Shown here piece after piece: positions 43,149-53,237 of a DNA stretch of 64,000 nucleotides. Positions within the stretch are counted from its first letter, which is position 1. Each line of letters starts with the position of its first letter. The stretch covers positions 7,446 through 71,445 of the forward strand of contig CAYFMP010000010.1 of the NCBI GenBank assembly GCA_964344215.1. Direction: 5' to 3'. The notes under the pieces were generated by a model that saw only the letters and a program-made list of their open reading frames with translations, had not been told where the DNA came from and did no database searches. This DNA is from an uncultured Thalassospiraceae bacterium. Lineage in GTDB: Bacteria > Pseudomonadota > Alphaproteobacteria > Rhodospirillales > Casp-alpha2. The position numbers and the translations under genes were made by a program.

Positions 43149-45992
43149 TCAATGAAATGGATTTTCCAAGGTTGCCTTCTTGATCGCCGCAACCAACTGT
43201 GCCCTCTTGTAGGGCTTGCGGAGTAGGGTCACGTTGCGGTGTGCGGTATCGTCGGGGCTGCATTGGTTGATGTCCTTGTCGGGATATCCCGATGTCAGCA
43301 GCATCTTGATTCGAGGATGCTTCCGCCCGACGACTTCGGCGAGGTCGAACCCGCTCATTCCTGCAGGCATGATGACGTCGCTGAGCACCAAATCGATGGT
43401 GTCGCCTCTGGCATCCAGGATTTCCTGTGCCGACGGTCCGTCTTCTGCATCAATCACCCGACAACCAAGCTTGCTCAAAGTGCAGGCTGTTGTCGCTCGA
43501 ACCTGCGGGTCGTCCTCGACCACCAAGACGGTCTTCTCCTCGAGTGCGGCGGCAGATAACGGCGTATCATCCCCTTGCTGCCTGTTCCCTCTCTTTGCAA
43601 TCGGAAGATAGAGTGAAATTGTCGTTCCCTCTCCCTTCTTGCTGGCGACACCGACATGGCCATTGGATTGGTGAATGAACCCGTAGACCATACTTAGGCC
43701 CAGGCCGGTGCCCTCTCCGATCCCCTTCGTCGTGAAGAACGGCTCCAGCACTCGATCAATGTTCTCCTCGTCAATTCCAACGCCTGTGTCGGTAACGGTG
43801 ATCAGGGCATGGAGACCGTAGACCTCTTCATTACTCGGTCCCAACCGTTCACCTCCAAGATCGACGGAAGACGTTCTTATGTTCAGCACGCCTCCATCCG
43901 GCATGGCGTCGCGTGCGTTGAGAGCCAAGTTGAGAAGGGCGTTGCCGAACAAGGCCGGGTCAACGTCGACAAGGAATTCTTCGTCAAAGAACTCCGTGTC
44001 GATCCTGATATCCTCGCCCAGCGTTCGCTCCAATAATCTGAGCGTGTCCGTAATCAGCTCATTGGCGTCTACGATCTTGGGAGAAAGCGTTTGTTGACGC
44101 GAAAAGGCAAGCAGCTGCTGAGTCAGGGCAGCCCCCTTGTCGACGGCCTTCAATGCCGCCTCGATATTGCTACGTAAGGGAGTATCGATTTGCATCTTGT
44201 CCATTGCCAACTCAAGGTTGCCGGCCACAATGTGCAGGATGTTGTTGAAGTCGTGGGCGACGCCTCCCGTCAATTGCCCGACGGCCTCCATCTTTTGCGC
44301 CTGGCGGAGTTGCTCCTCCGTGCGGTTGTGTTCTGTGAGATCGACATGCACCGCCCCAACCCCGACTATACCGCCATCAGAACCAAAAACCGGGAACTTG
44401 GTCGTGAGGAATTCCGTAACGGAATCGCCGCGATGGAACTTCTCGTCGCGTGAGATTACCTGTCTGCTCTCAATAACTTCACGATCATGATGTATGCCCG
44501 ACCGTGCGAAGTCGCTGTCGAAAACCTCGCGCGGAGTCCTGCCGATGATTGCCTCGGTGCTCATGCCGGCAATCGTCTCGAAGTACTTGTTGACCAACAA
44601 GTAGCGTCCTTCGATATCCTTAAGAGAGATTGCATCGGGAGAATTCTCGACAATTGCCCGCAACCTAGCCTCGTTTTCTCGCAACGCCTCCTCCGCCTGC
44701 GTCCGCTCGATGGCGATACTGGCCAGTTGGGCGGCGGTCTCGATGCTATCCAGGTCAAATCGGGTAGGCTGGCGCGGCTGGTGATAATACATGGCGAAAG
44801 TCCCCAGCACGTTACCGGCGCTCGATATGATCGGTTGCGACCAACACGCTCTCAGGTCCGCCGCGGCGGCAAGATCTCGGAAATCGACCCAGTAGGGGTG
44901 TGTCAGGACGTCCTCAGCAATGACCACTTCGCCGGTGTAAGCGGCCGCGCCGCACGAACCCACATCCTCGCCGATTTCCAGTCCGTCGATTGCTTCGTTG
45001 TAAAAGGCCGGCAGACTTGGCGCTGCCCCATGACGGAGCTGCCTGCCCTTATTGTCGAGAAGCAATACGGAGCCGAGCATTTCCGGGTTGATTTCCTCGG
45101 CGGTCGTTACCAGGAGCGATAAGACTTCCTCCAGTGAGCCTCCGGTGGCTAAACGTTCCAACACCTTGTTGCGGCCTTCAAACAGGGTCGCCATCCGGTG
45201 GCGCTCGGTGATTTCAATTGATATGGAACCCAGGCCGATGGGGTCGCCGCGTGAATCAAGGATCGGGAACCGGGTCTCCAGGTCCGTATGGAATTCTCCG
45301 TCGCGACAATATGGAATTTCGACCTCCTTACGAATCGCGGAACAGGTTTCCAAGACCTCGCGGTCGAAGTCCTCGATATAGTCGAAGGCCTTGTCGCTAT
45401 GGATATCGGCAGCGGTCTTTCCCTCAATCTCCCCAAGGGTGACGCCGTAGCGCTCCTCGAATTCGCGGTTCGCCAGGATGTAACGACCTTCCAGATCCTT
45501 GAACACGATCTCGACCGGCGAATTGTCGATGAGGGACCTAAGCTTGGCCTCTCTCAATTTAAGCTTCTTCTCCCTAGCCCGGCTTTGCCGGCGACTATCT
45601 GCCTGATCCAGCAGGTTTCGGACGATACTTGGAATCAACTCGAGATAGATGCCCTCGTTATCCTTGATTACATAGTTAGAGATACCGAGCGCCAAAGCCT
45701 CGGCTGCAATCCGCTCGCTCCCTTTTCCCACAACCATGATTATGGGAAGGTCGCCATCCTTCTCCAGAAGCTCCTGTGCAATCTCAATCCCGGGTCGGTC
45801 GGGGAGTTGAGAATCGACTGCGACGATGTCATACGGGGCATCGGCGTGCATCGCTAGACCGGCTTCGCCGCTAAAGGCGACATCGATCAGATAGCCGTAC
45901 GCTTCCACTGCCGTCTTGAACAGCTCACATAGCGGCTTTTCATCTTCGACATAGAGAATGCGAACGCCTCGCACGAACGGCCTCCTTTTCAT
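43149..45992 (-). CDS. Hybrid sensor histidine kinase: REC-PAS-GAF-PAS-HisKA-HATPase-REC
   Basis: 947 aa. N-terminal REC ([10 protein letters not shown]...VAVDSQLPD). GAF ([22 protein letters not shown]...). H-box [12 protein letters not shown]-boxes DTGVGI, GTGLGLS. C-terminal REC ([10 protein letters not shown]...[13 protein letters not shown]). Confidence 0.9.
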   Translation of the reverse strand: MKRRPFVRGVRILYVEDEKPLCELFKTAVEAYGYLIDVAFSGEAGLAMHADAPYDIVAVDSQLPDRPGIEIAQELLEKDGDLPIIMVVGKGSERIAAEALALGISNYVIKDNEGIYLELIPSIVRNLLDQADSRRQSRAREKKLKLREAKLRSLIDNSPVEIVFKDLEGRYILANREFEERYGVTLGEIEGKTAADIHSDKAFDYIEDFDREVLETCSAIRKEVEIPYCRDGEFHTDLETRFPILDSRGDPIGLGSISIEITERHRMATLFEGRNKVLERLATGGSLEEVLSLLVTTAEEINPEMLGSVLLLDNKGRQLRHGAAPSLPAFYNEAIDGLEIGEDVGSCGAAAYTGEVVIAEDVLTHPYWVDFRDLAAAADLRACWSQPIISSAGNVLGTFAMYYHQPRQPTRFDLDSIETAAQLASIAIERTQAEEALRENEARLRAIVENSPDAISLKDIEGRYLLVNKYFETIAGMSTEAIIGRTPREVFDSDFARSGIHHDREVIESRQVISRDEKFHRGDSVTEFLTTKFPVFGSDGGIVGVGAVHVDLTEHNRTEEQLRQAQKMEAVGQLTGGVAHDFNNILHIVAGNLELAMDKMQIDTPLRSNIEAALKAVDKGAALTQQLLAFSRQQTLSPKIVDANELITDTLRLLERTLGEDIRIDTEFFDEEFLVDVDPALFGNALLNLALNARDAMPDGGVLNIRTSSVDLGGERLGPSNEEVYGLHALITVTDTGVGIDEENIDRVLEPFFTTKGIGEGTGLGLSMVYGFIHQSNGHVGVASKKGEGTTISLYLPIAKRGNRQQGDDTPLSAAALEEKTVLVVEDDPQVRATTACTLSKLGCRVIDAEDGPSAQEILDARGDTIDLVLSDVIMPAGMSGFDLAEVVGRKHPRIKMLLTSGYPDKDINQCSPDDTAHRNVTLLRKPYKRAQLVAAIKKATLENPFH

Positions 45993-46114
45993 TCTACAAT
46001 AACGCGAAGAACGATTGTTGTTCAACCGGGTCTGGGAGCGTTAAAATATGCGAAAATATCAGAGAGGTGTATTTCCTGCATTGATCCGCGTCAAACGGGA
46101 ATTGATTTTCGTGC

Positions 46115-46525
46115 TTAGCCCAGCGACGTTTGCTCCTGATGCCGTGGCCCGCTCCAGCCACCGGCATCTCGATGTGCCGGAGTGTGGCTGACATCGCGTA
46201 TCGCAGCCGCCAATTCCATGAACTCAAAGGGTTTGCGAAGTAGGACTGCCTCGGTCTCGTCCGGCTCTTCTGCACTTGGGAAACCTTCCGAATGCTCCGA
46301 AGCCACCAGCACTTTTGTGCCTTGACAATGGCGTTTCAATTCTCAGGCCAGATCCAGACCACTCATCCCTGGAACCAAAACCATATCACTCACCACAAGA
46401 TCGGCATGGCCGTCCTAATCTTCGGGAAGCGTCAGAGCCGACGGGCTGTCTACCGCTTCCAGCCCGTCGTAGCCGAGCCGGTTTGGCTCGACGGCCATTT
46501 GTCGTCCATCAGCGTCTTGCCTGAA
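46115..46525 (-). pseudogene. Degraded receiver-domain (response regulator) gene
   Basis: The minus-strand frame reads ...RLGYDGLEAVDSPSALTLPED-TAG-DGHADLVVSDMVLVPGMSGLDLA-TGA-ELKRHCQGTKVLVASEHS...AVLLRKPFEFMELAAAIRDV. In-frame stops at 46415-46417 and 46343-46345. A probable frameshift lies near 46500. The 5' limit is approximate. Confidence 0.65.
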
Positions 46526-46667
46526 CGGGTTTTTTGCGTTGTTCCGGAATCTATCAGTTGCCGGCGATCATCAAGATTTCCAGATGTTTCGATATGTATC
46601 CGGGTTCCGTCGAGGCGCTTGGTGGAGCTAGAATCCGGCAGCTAGCTCGCGGGAACACCACCGCCGT

Positions 46668-47321
46668 TCAGACGTCCGCCACCGACTGGGAACCGACATT
46701 CCGATCGAGAGGAGTACCGGCGCTCACCCCTCCATGGAGGCTCTCTTCGCCGCTTTTCAGGTGGACGACGATGCCCTTGGAATCGTCGAGGTCGAGAGCC
46801 TTTTCATCATCGAGGCCGCGGCACGTCCCGCGTAACGCCTTGCCAGCTTCACGGTGGGTGACGACGACGTAGCAGGCATTCCGGTCCTGGACCGCAAGCC
46901 AAGAAAGAAGGCGCGATTTCGCGTTCTTGAAACTCTCGCCGCCAACGGGAACGTATACCGTGCGGTTGACGACCCAGTTCCCCCAGTCGTCGGGATAGCG
47001 CTCGTCGACCTCGTCCCGGGTTCTGCCCTCCCAGCGGCCGAAACTGCGTTCCATAAGACGTTCGTCAAAGAGAACGGTCTGGAAATCCCAACCCAGGTGA
47101 TTGCAGATGATCGCCGTCGTTTGCTTGCAGCATCGCAGTGGGCTCGACTGGAAGACGACGTTGTCGCGACCGGCCAGCTCAGGGGCCAACTGCGCCGCCG
47201 CCGCCTGGACCTGTGCGACGCCGGCCGGGGTCAAATCCGACTCCATTTGGCCCTGGAAAACCCCGTTGCGATCCCACTCGGTTTCGCCATGGCGGATCAG
47301 GTAGATCTCGGGATGCAGCAT
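46668..47321 (-). CDS. Histidine phosphatase family protein (phosphoglycerate-mutase-like)
   Basis: 217 aa. N-terminal IYLIRHGETEW (RHG motif). A later H in VVVTHREAG. Confidence 0.85.
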   Translation of the reverse strand: MLHPEIYLIRHGETEWDRNGVFQGQMESDLTPAGVAQVQAAAAQLAPELAGRDNVVFQSSPLRCCKQTTAIICNHLGWDFQTVLFDERLMERSFGRWEGRTRDEVDERYPDDWGNWVVNRTVYVPVGGESFKNAKSRLLSWLAVQDRNACYVVVTHREAGKALRGTCRGLDDEKALDLDDSKGIVVHLKSGEESLHGGVSAGTPLDRNVGSQSVADV

Positions 47322-47757
47322 GCCGATATCCTAGACAACAACGCCGGCCTTCAGGATGAGGTCTCTCGGTGGCAGCGAAAACCGATGTGGGAGCGACAAT
47401 TCGATCACGGCCTCCTCCGGAGCCTCCTTGCTCCGAGCAGTCGAGTCTGTTCGGGGCCAATTACCTCAATATGACAAAGTTCCGAAGGCGGTGGGGCCCG
47501 AATTTGTAAGGGGTCCGAAAATTTTTGTAAGCGCACTGTAAAGATGCAGTCCTACCTGTTTACCGTTATTCCGGACAGGTGATACCGTGCAGGCGTATCC
47601 GATGATGGTCGCGACTTCTGGGTCCAGCAGCCGGCGGCAAAGGTATTGGGCGCTGAAAATGGCTGTAGAAACATATGGCTGCGAGGGTTTCCAAGCCGCT
47701 CGAATCTGAAGGTCAAGCGCCCGGAAAACGGCAAATCCCAGCGACGAGGGAACGTTC

Positions 47758-50700
47758 ATGAACATCGGCTTCGGATTGCGGCGGCGCGAGAGATTCCTCT
47801 ACCTCGTCGGTATCCTGGTGGCGATTTCGGCCGTCGTGATGGGAATATCGATGTTCGTGCTCTTTCGGGCCTCGATCGAGTCGAAAAAGCACGACCTCGT
47901 GGAAATGGTCAAGAGCCACGCCCGCGTCATCGAAGGCGTGGCGGAGCACGAACGTTCGACGTCGCAAGGCAGCGATCCGGTTTCGCATGAGCATACGCCC
48001 GCTACCCAACGGGTACTCGATTCACTCAGCAAAGGCAGCGGGTTCGGTGCCACCGGCGAGTTCGTTATTGCGCAACGCGAAGGGGATCGGATCGTGTTCC
48101 TGTCCACGCCGCGCCATCTCGATCACCCGATCGTGCCGATGCCGATCGGCGCCGAGGAAGCCGAGCTGATGCGCCGGGCTTTGGCCGGAGAAGGCGGGAC
48201 CATCAGGGGGCTCGACTACCGGGGGGTCGAGGTGCTGGCCGCCTTCGAACCCCTGCCGTCGCTGAAAATGGGGATTGTCGCCAAGCTGGACATGACGGAA
48301 ATTCGTGCTCCCTTCTTGACGGCGGCGGCGGTCGCGGGCGCCATCGGAATCCTGATCATCGCCTTGGGCGTTCTCGTCTTTCGCCGGATCGGCGTCGAGT
48401 CCGTGCTGAGGGCGGCCGGCGGCGTATCGGCCGCGCCCGTCGTCGGGCCGCCGGGAAGCGAGCAAGGCATTCCGGCCGGTCATCTCGCCGTCCTGATTGG
48501 GCTTGCGCTGACCATCTTCGCCCTCGATCTGGTGACGCCGCTGGGCATCGCCGGCGGCGTGCCCTTTGTCGCCCTGATCCTGGCCGGTTGGTGGTTGCCC
48601 CGGCGATCCGACATATACGTTCTGGCGGCCGCCGCTTCCATCCTTACCGGGCTCGGATACGCCTTCTCGCCGGTGGCGGGGGACCCCGTCGTCGTCCTGA
48701 TCAACCGCACCTACGCGCTTTTCGTGATCTGGCTGACGGCGATCATCGTCAGCATCGCCAAGGCCTCCGAAATCGCCGTCAGGGACCGTGACGAGCGGGT
48801 GCGCTCGATCGTCGAGACGGTCATCGACGGCATCGTCACCATCGATACCTCGGGATCCATTGAATCCTTCAACCCGGAAGCGGAACGCCTGTTCGGTTAC
48901 GGCGCCGACGAGGTGATCGGCCGGAATGTCGGGATGTTGATGCCGGAACCGTATCGACGCAATCACGATTCCTACGTGCGGAACTATCTGAAGACGGGCA
49001 AGGCGAACGTGATCGGTTTGGGCCGTGAAGCGGTCGCGCTCCGCAAGGACGGTTCGGAATTCCCGATCGAATTGGCCGTCAGCGAGATGGCGGTCGGCGG
49101 TCGGCGCAAGTTCACCGGCGTCGTTCGCGACATCACCGAACGCAAGCAGGCCGAGGCGCAACTCAAGGAAAGCCGGGACGAACTGGAGGTCCAGGCCGAT
49201 CAGTTGCAGGAAATGGCCCACACCAGCGAACGGGAGCGCTTGCGGGCGGAAGAGGCGACGGAAGCGAAATCGAGGTTCCTGGCCAACATGAGCCATGAGT
49301 TGCGAACCCCGTTGAACGCTATCATCGGATACAGCGAGATGCTGCTCGAGGACGCCGAGGAAGCGGGCGACAAGAACTATCTTCCGGACCTCGGAAAGAT
49401 CAACACCGCGGGCCGGCACCTGCTCGAATTGATCGCCGATATTCTGGACATATCGAAAATCGAAGCCGGCAGAATGGAAATCTTCGCCGAGCCGTTCTCC
49501 GTGGCCGGACTGGTCGGCGAGGCCGTCGATACGGTGCAACATTTGGCGGAAGCAACGGACAATCGGTTGAAAACGGATTGCCCGGCGGATATCGGGGACA
49601 TGCATAGCGACCTGACCAAGACCCGTCAAATACTGCTGAACCTGCTCGGTAACGCCACGAAATTTACCGAGGGTGGAACGATTTCGCTAATCGTTCGCCG
49701 GTTCACAGATTCCGACCGGGACTGGATCGAATTCAAAGTCAAGGACACAGGAATAGGCATCTCCGACGAGCAGCGAGAGATTCTGTTCGCCGACTTCGTT
49801 CAGGCGAATTCGTCGTCGACCCGGGCGCATGTCGGCACCGGCCTCGGTTTGGCCATCAGTAAGAGGTTCTGCCAACTCATGGGAGGCGAAATCGGCATCG
49901 AGAGCGAGGTCGGCGTCGGCTCGACGTTCACCGTCACGCTGCCGGCCAGGATGACGGAAAAGCGTCCGACCGGGGGCGCCGCGGAGACGAACGCCGTTTC
50001 CGAGCAAAACGCGTGGGCCGAAGAATTCGTCGCTTCTCGGAAAAGCGGAGAACCCCTGGCCCTGGTCATCGACGACGATGACGATGCACGGAACTTGGTC
50101 GCCGGACATTTGAAACGGCGCGGCTATGCGGTCCACTCGACCGGCGACGGCGACAGCGGGATCGAACTTGCCGCGGTCCATCGCCCGACGGTGATAACGC
50201 TCGACGTCAACATGCCCGGGACCGACGGCTGGACGGTCATGGAGCGACTCAAGGAGAACCCCGAAACGGTCGATATCCCGGTCATTTTCATCACCATATC
50301 CGACGACCGGAAGAAAGGCTTTGCACTGGGAGCGGCGGAGTTCCTGAAGAAGCCGATCGACCGGAACAAGCTGGTCGAAGTCCTGAACAACTGTTTGGGT
50401 CACCACAGAGGCGGCGAGATACTGGTTGTCGAGGACGACAAATTCGTGCGTGACTTCCTGACGGTTTCGTTGCGCGACATGGGTTGGATATTGAGGGCGG
50501 TGGAGGACGGATTAAGCGCCCTGGACAGCGTCGAGAACAAAGCCCCGGACGTCATTATCCTCGATTTAATGCTGCCCCGAATGGACGGGTTCGAGTTCGT
50601 CGACCGCCTTCGTGAGAACGACGCGTGGCGGAACATAGCGATTATCGTGTTGACCGCCAAGAGCCTGACCGCCGAAGAGCATCGTCGGATCAACGGAATC

Positions 50701-50808
50701 GTGGAGAATGTCATGTTGAAATCCCTGGTCAGCATGGCCGACGTAACCCGGCAGATCGATTTGATTGCCGGCAGGCTGATCGCCACGGGCAGGGAGGGGG
50801 AGAGATGA
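47758..50808 (+). CDS. Hybrid sensor histidine kinase: periplasmic Cache-like sensor, membrane module, PAS, HisKA, HATPase, REC, REC
   Basis: 1016 aa. TM-flanked ~170-aa periplasmic domain. H-box MSHELRTPLNAIIGYSEML. DTGIGI / GTGLGLAIS. Two receivers (LALVIDDDDDA..., ILVVEDDKFV...). Confidence 0.9.
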   Translation: MNIGFGLRRRERFLYLVGILVAISAVVMGISMFVLFRASIESKKHDLVEMVKSHARVIEGVAEHERSTSQGSDPVSHEHTPATQRVLDSLSKGSGFGATGEFVIAQREGDRIVFLSTPRHLDHPIVPMPIGAEEAELMRRALAGEGGTIRGLDYRGVEVLAAFEPLPSLKMGIVAKLDMTEIRAPFLTAAAVAGAIGILIIALGVLVFRRIGVESVLRAAGGVSAAPVVGPPGSEQGIPAGHLAVLIGLALTIFALDLVTPLGIAGGVPFVALILAGWWLPRRSDIYVLAAAASILTGLGYAFSPVAGDPVVVLINRTYALFVIWLTAIIVSIAKASEIAVRDRDERVRSIVETVIDGIVTIDTSGSIESFNPEAERLFGYGADEVIGRNVGMLMPEPYRRNHDSYVRNYLKTGKANVIGLGREAVALRKDGSEFPIELAVSEMAVGGRRKFTGVVRDITERKQAEAQLKESRDELEVQADQLQEMAHTSERERLRAEEATEAKSRFLANMSHELRTPLNAIIGYSEMLLEDAEEAGDKNYLPDLGKINTAGRHLLELIADILDISKIEAGRMEIFAEPFSVAGLVGEAVDTVQHLAEATDNRLKTDCPADIGDMHSDLTKTRQILLNLLGNATKFTEGGTISLIVRRFTDSDRDWIEFKVKDTGIGISDEQREILFADFVQANSSSTRAHVGTGLGLAISKRFCQLMGGEIGIESEVGVGSTFTVTLPARMTEKRPTGGAAETNAVSEQNAWAEEFVASRKSGEPLALVIDDDDDARNLVAGHLKRRGYAVHSTGDGDSGIELAAVHRPTVITLDVNMPGTDGWTVMERLKENPETVDIPVIFITISDDRKKGFALGAAEFLKKPIDRNKLVEVLNNCLGHHRGGEILVVEDDKFVRDFLTVSLRDMGWILRAVEDGLSALDSVENKAPDVIILDLMLPRMDGFEFVDRLRENDAWRNIAIIVLTAKSLTAEEHRRINGIVENVMLKSLVSMADVTRQIDLIAGRLIATGREGER

Positions 50809-51185
50809 CGAAAGTGGCGGTCGAACGCAGAATTCTGGTGGTCGAGGACGACGAAATGAGCCGCGATATCATGATGCGACGGCTCGGCGGCCAAGGGTTC
50901 GACGTCATCCTCGCGGTCGACGGCCGCGATGGCGTTGAAAAGGCGGTGACGGAACAGCCCGATCTCATTCTGATGGATTTGGACTTGCCGATCATGGACG
51001 GGTGGCAGGCGATGAGCGCGTTGAAGGCTCGGCAAGCGACGAATTCGATTCCCATCATCGTCGTATCGGCCCATGCGATGGGCGAACACAACAGAAAAGC
51101 CCTGGAGGTCGGGGGCGACGATTTCGAAACAAAACCCATCAGGTTCCATGAGCTCCTAGCAAAGATCAGACGGTTTCTCGAATGA
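50805..51185 (+). CDS. Single-domain response regulator (CheY-like)
   Basis: 126 aa. ATGA overlap with the upstream stop. ILVVEDDEMSRD...LILMDLDLPIMDG...ETKP. Confidence 0.9.
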   Translation: MTKVAVERRILVVEDDEMSRDIMMRRLGGQGFDVILAVDGRDGVEKAVTEQPDLILMDLDLPIMDGWQAMSALKARQATNSIPIIVVSAHAMGEHNRKALEVGGDDFETKPIRFHELLAKIRRFLE

Positions 51186-53233
51186 ACCGGATAGGCGTCC
51201 AGGATAGACCGGTTTCCGTTCTGCTGGCCGACGACAGCGCGGCCAACCGCGATATGCTGGTCCGCCGTCTGACTAGGCACGGTTTTCATCTTGATGTGGC
51301 CAAAGACGGCGTGGAAACGCTCGAGCGAGCGCGGCCCGAAGAATTCGACTTGCTGCTTCTGGACATAATGTTGCCCGACATGACCGGCATCGAGGTTCTC
51401 GAGGAGTTACGCAGGCTTCATTCTGCGACCGCGTTTCCGATCATCATGGTAACGGCGGATGCGACGAGCGAAACCCTCGTCGAAGCGCTCGACAAGGGAG
51501 CGAACGACTATGTGACCAAGCCCGTCAACCTCCCTGTCCTGCTGGCGCGGATCGACAACCAAATTCGTTCCAAGGAAGCGGAACGAAAGCTCCGCGAATT
51601 GGCAGCCGGTCTCGAAGACATGGTTGCCGAGAGAACGGCGGAATTGCAAACGGCCAACGAGAATCTGCAAGCGGAGATCGAGACCCGCAAGCGAATGGAA
51701 GCCGTTTCCGTCCGCCTCACGGCGGCCGTCGAAGCCCTGTCGGAAAGCGTCGCTATTTTCGATGCCGAGGACCGCCTCGTCTTCGGCAACCAACAGTTCA
51801 GGAAGTACAACAAGGTTGTCGAGGACTATGTGGTGCCCGGCACTCCTTACGAGACATTGATGCGCCAGCTCGTCAAGAATGGCATGTTTCCCGAAGCCGA
51901 CGGCCGCGAGGAAGAATGGCTGGCTGAACGCATCGATCAGCACCGCAATCCGAGGGGGAACCTCGAGATCAAGCACCGCAACGGCGTTCATCTGTTGGTC
52001 GCCGAAGAGCGCCTACCCGACGGCGGGATCGCAACGCTAGCGACCGATATCACCGAGAGAGTGAAGGCGGAGAGGGCCCGAGAGGAATTGGAGGCGCAGT
52101 TGCGCCAGGCCCAGAAGCTGGAAACCCTCGGCACGCTGACCAACGGCATCGCGCACGACTTCAATAATATCCTGTCGCCGATCATGGGATATGTCGACAT
52201 GGCGCTGCGTGATCTCGAGGAGGGAAGCCGCATATACTCAAACCTCTGGCACGTCCTTGTGGCGGCCAAGCGCGCTAAGGAACTGGTAGAGCAAATCCTG
52301 TTTTTCGGCGGCACGATGGAGAAGGAGCCGCAGGATTTGAACGTGGCCGACGTGGTCGAGGAGGCACTGAAGCTCCTCCGCCCCTCCATCCCCTCGACCA
52401 TCGAGATCGAATCGCGGACTTCCCCGGGATTGCCCCTGGTGAGAGCCGATCCGACGCAGATCCATCAGATCGTCATGAACCTTTGCACCAACGCCTACCA
52501 GGCAATGCGGAACGAAGGGGGAATATTAACGGTCGAAGTCGACGAGATCGCGGCGGCAACGGCGACGTTGCAGAAGTCCGAGGGTGGAGACCGGAGTATC
52601 AGGCTGCGGATAACGGATACCGGCCCCGGCATGGAACCGACGATCATCGATCGTATCTTCGAGCCGTTTTTTACGACCAAGGAGGTCGGCGAAGGAACAG
52701 GACTTGGCCTATCCGTCGTACACGGTATCGTCGTCAGTCACAGCGGCTCAATCACCGTCGACAGCGAACCAGGCCGGGGCACGGTTTTCGATATCTGTCT
52801 TCCGGCGTTGGACACGGACTCGACGATCGAAAGAACGGTGGTCGAGGAGGTCCGAACCGACCCGGCCGTTGGCGGACGTCTGCTTCTTGTCGATGACGAC
52901 AAGGATGTCGCCGATTTGGGGCGCCAGATGCTCGAGCGGCTGGGCTATGAGGTCATTCTGGAGAACGACTCCGAGAGCGCCTTTGAAATCTTTCGCTCGT
53001 CGCCAAAGGCTTTTGACGCCGTACTGACGGATTACGCGATGCCACGAATGACCGGCACCGAGCTGGCTCAGGCACTCAGGGCCATCCGCCCGGACCTCCC
53101 GATCATCATCATGACCGGCGCCAAGGACGCGGCGGAATTCCCAATCGAGGAAAACTCCGAGATCAGCGTCGTGCTCTCCAAGCCGGTGGCCTTACGCGAG
53201 CTCAGCGATGCCGTTCGCGAAGCAATGGAATAG
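51182..53233 (+). CDS. Hybrid histidine kinase: REC-coiled coil-PAS-HisKA-HATPase-REC
   Basis: 683 aa. ATGA overlap with the upstream stop. H-box [17 protein letters not shown] / GTGLGLSV. Terminal receiver [10 protein letters not shown]...[12 protein letters not shown]. Confidence 0.9.
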   Translation: MNRIGVQDRPVSVLLADDSAANRDMLVRRLTRHGFHLDVAKDGVETLERARPEEFDLLLLDIMLPDMTGIEVLEELRRLHSATAFPIIMVTADATSETLVEALDKGANDYVTKPVNLPVLLARIDNQIRSKEAERKLRELAAGLEDMVAERTAELQTANENLQAEIETRKRMEAVSVRLTAAVEALSESVAIFDAEDRLVFGNQQFRKYNKVVEDYVVPGTPYETLMRQLVKNGMFPEADGREEEWLAERIDQHRNPRGNLEIKHRNGVHLLVAEERLPDGGIATLATDITERVKAERAREELEAQLRQAQKLETLGTLTNGIAHDFNNILSPIMGYVDMALRDLEEGSRIYSNLWHVLVAAKRAKELVEQILFFGGTMEKEPQDLNVADVVEEALKLLRPSIPSTIEIESRTSPGLPLVRADPTQIHQIVMNLCTNAYQAMRNEGGILTVEVDEIAAATATLQKSEGGDRSIRLRITDTGPGMEPTIIDRIFEPFFTTKEVGEGTGLGLSVVHGIVVSHSGSITVDSEPGRGTVFDICLPALDTDSTIERTVVEEVRTDPAVGGRLLLVDDDKDVADLGRQMLERLGYEVILENDSESAFEIFRSSPKAFDAVLTDYAMPRMTGTELAQALRAIRPDLPIIIMTGAKDAAEFPIEENSEISVVLSKPVALRELSDAVREAME

Positions 53234-53237
53234 GTGA

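Noticed and set aside
46292-46872. Plus-strand ORFs 46292-46645 and 46534-46872.
   Set aside because: They are antisense to the receiver pseudogene and to the histidine phosphatase gene, and their translations are not protein-like.
47466-47765. 99-aa minus-strand ORF in the spacer upstream of the 47758 kinase.
   Set aside because: No motif, no SD, a start overlapping the divergent kinase start, and composition unlike the neighbouring genes.
52244-52260. Sigma-54-like TGGCAC-N5-TGTGG.
   Set aside because: It lies inside a coding region and the -12 element does not match TTGC[AT].
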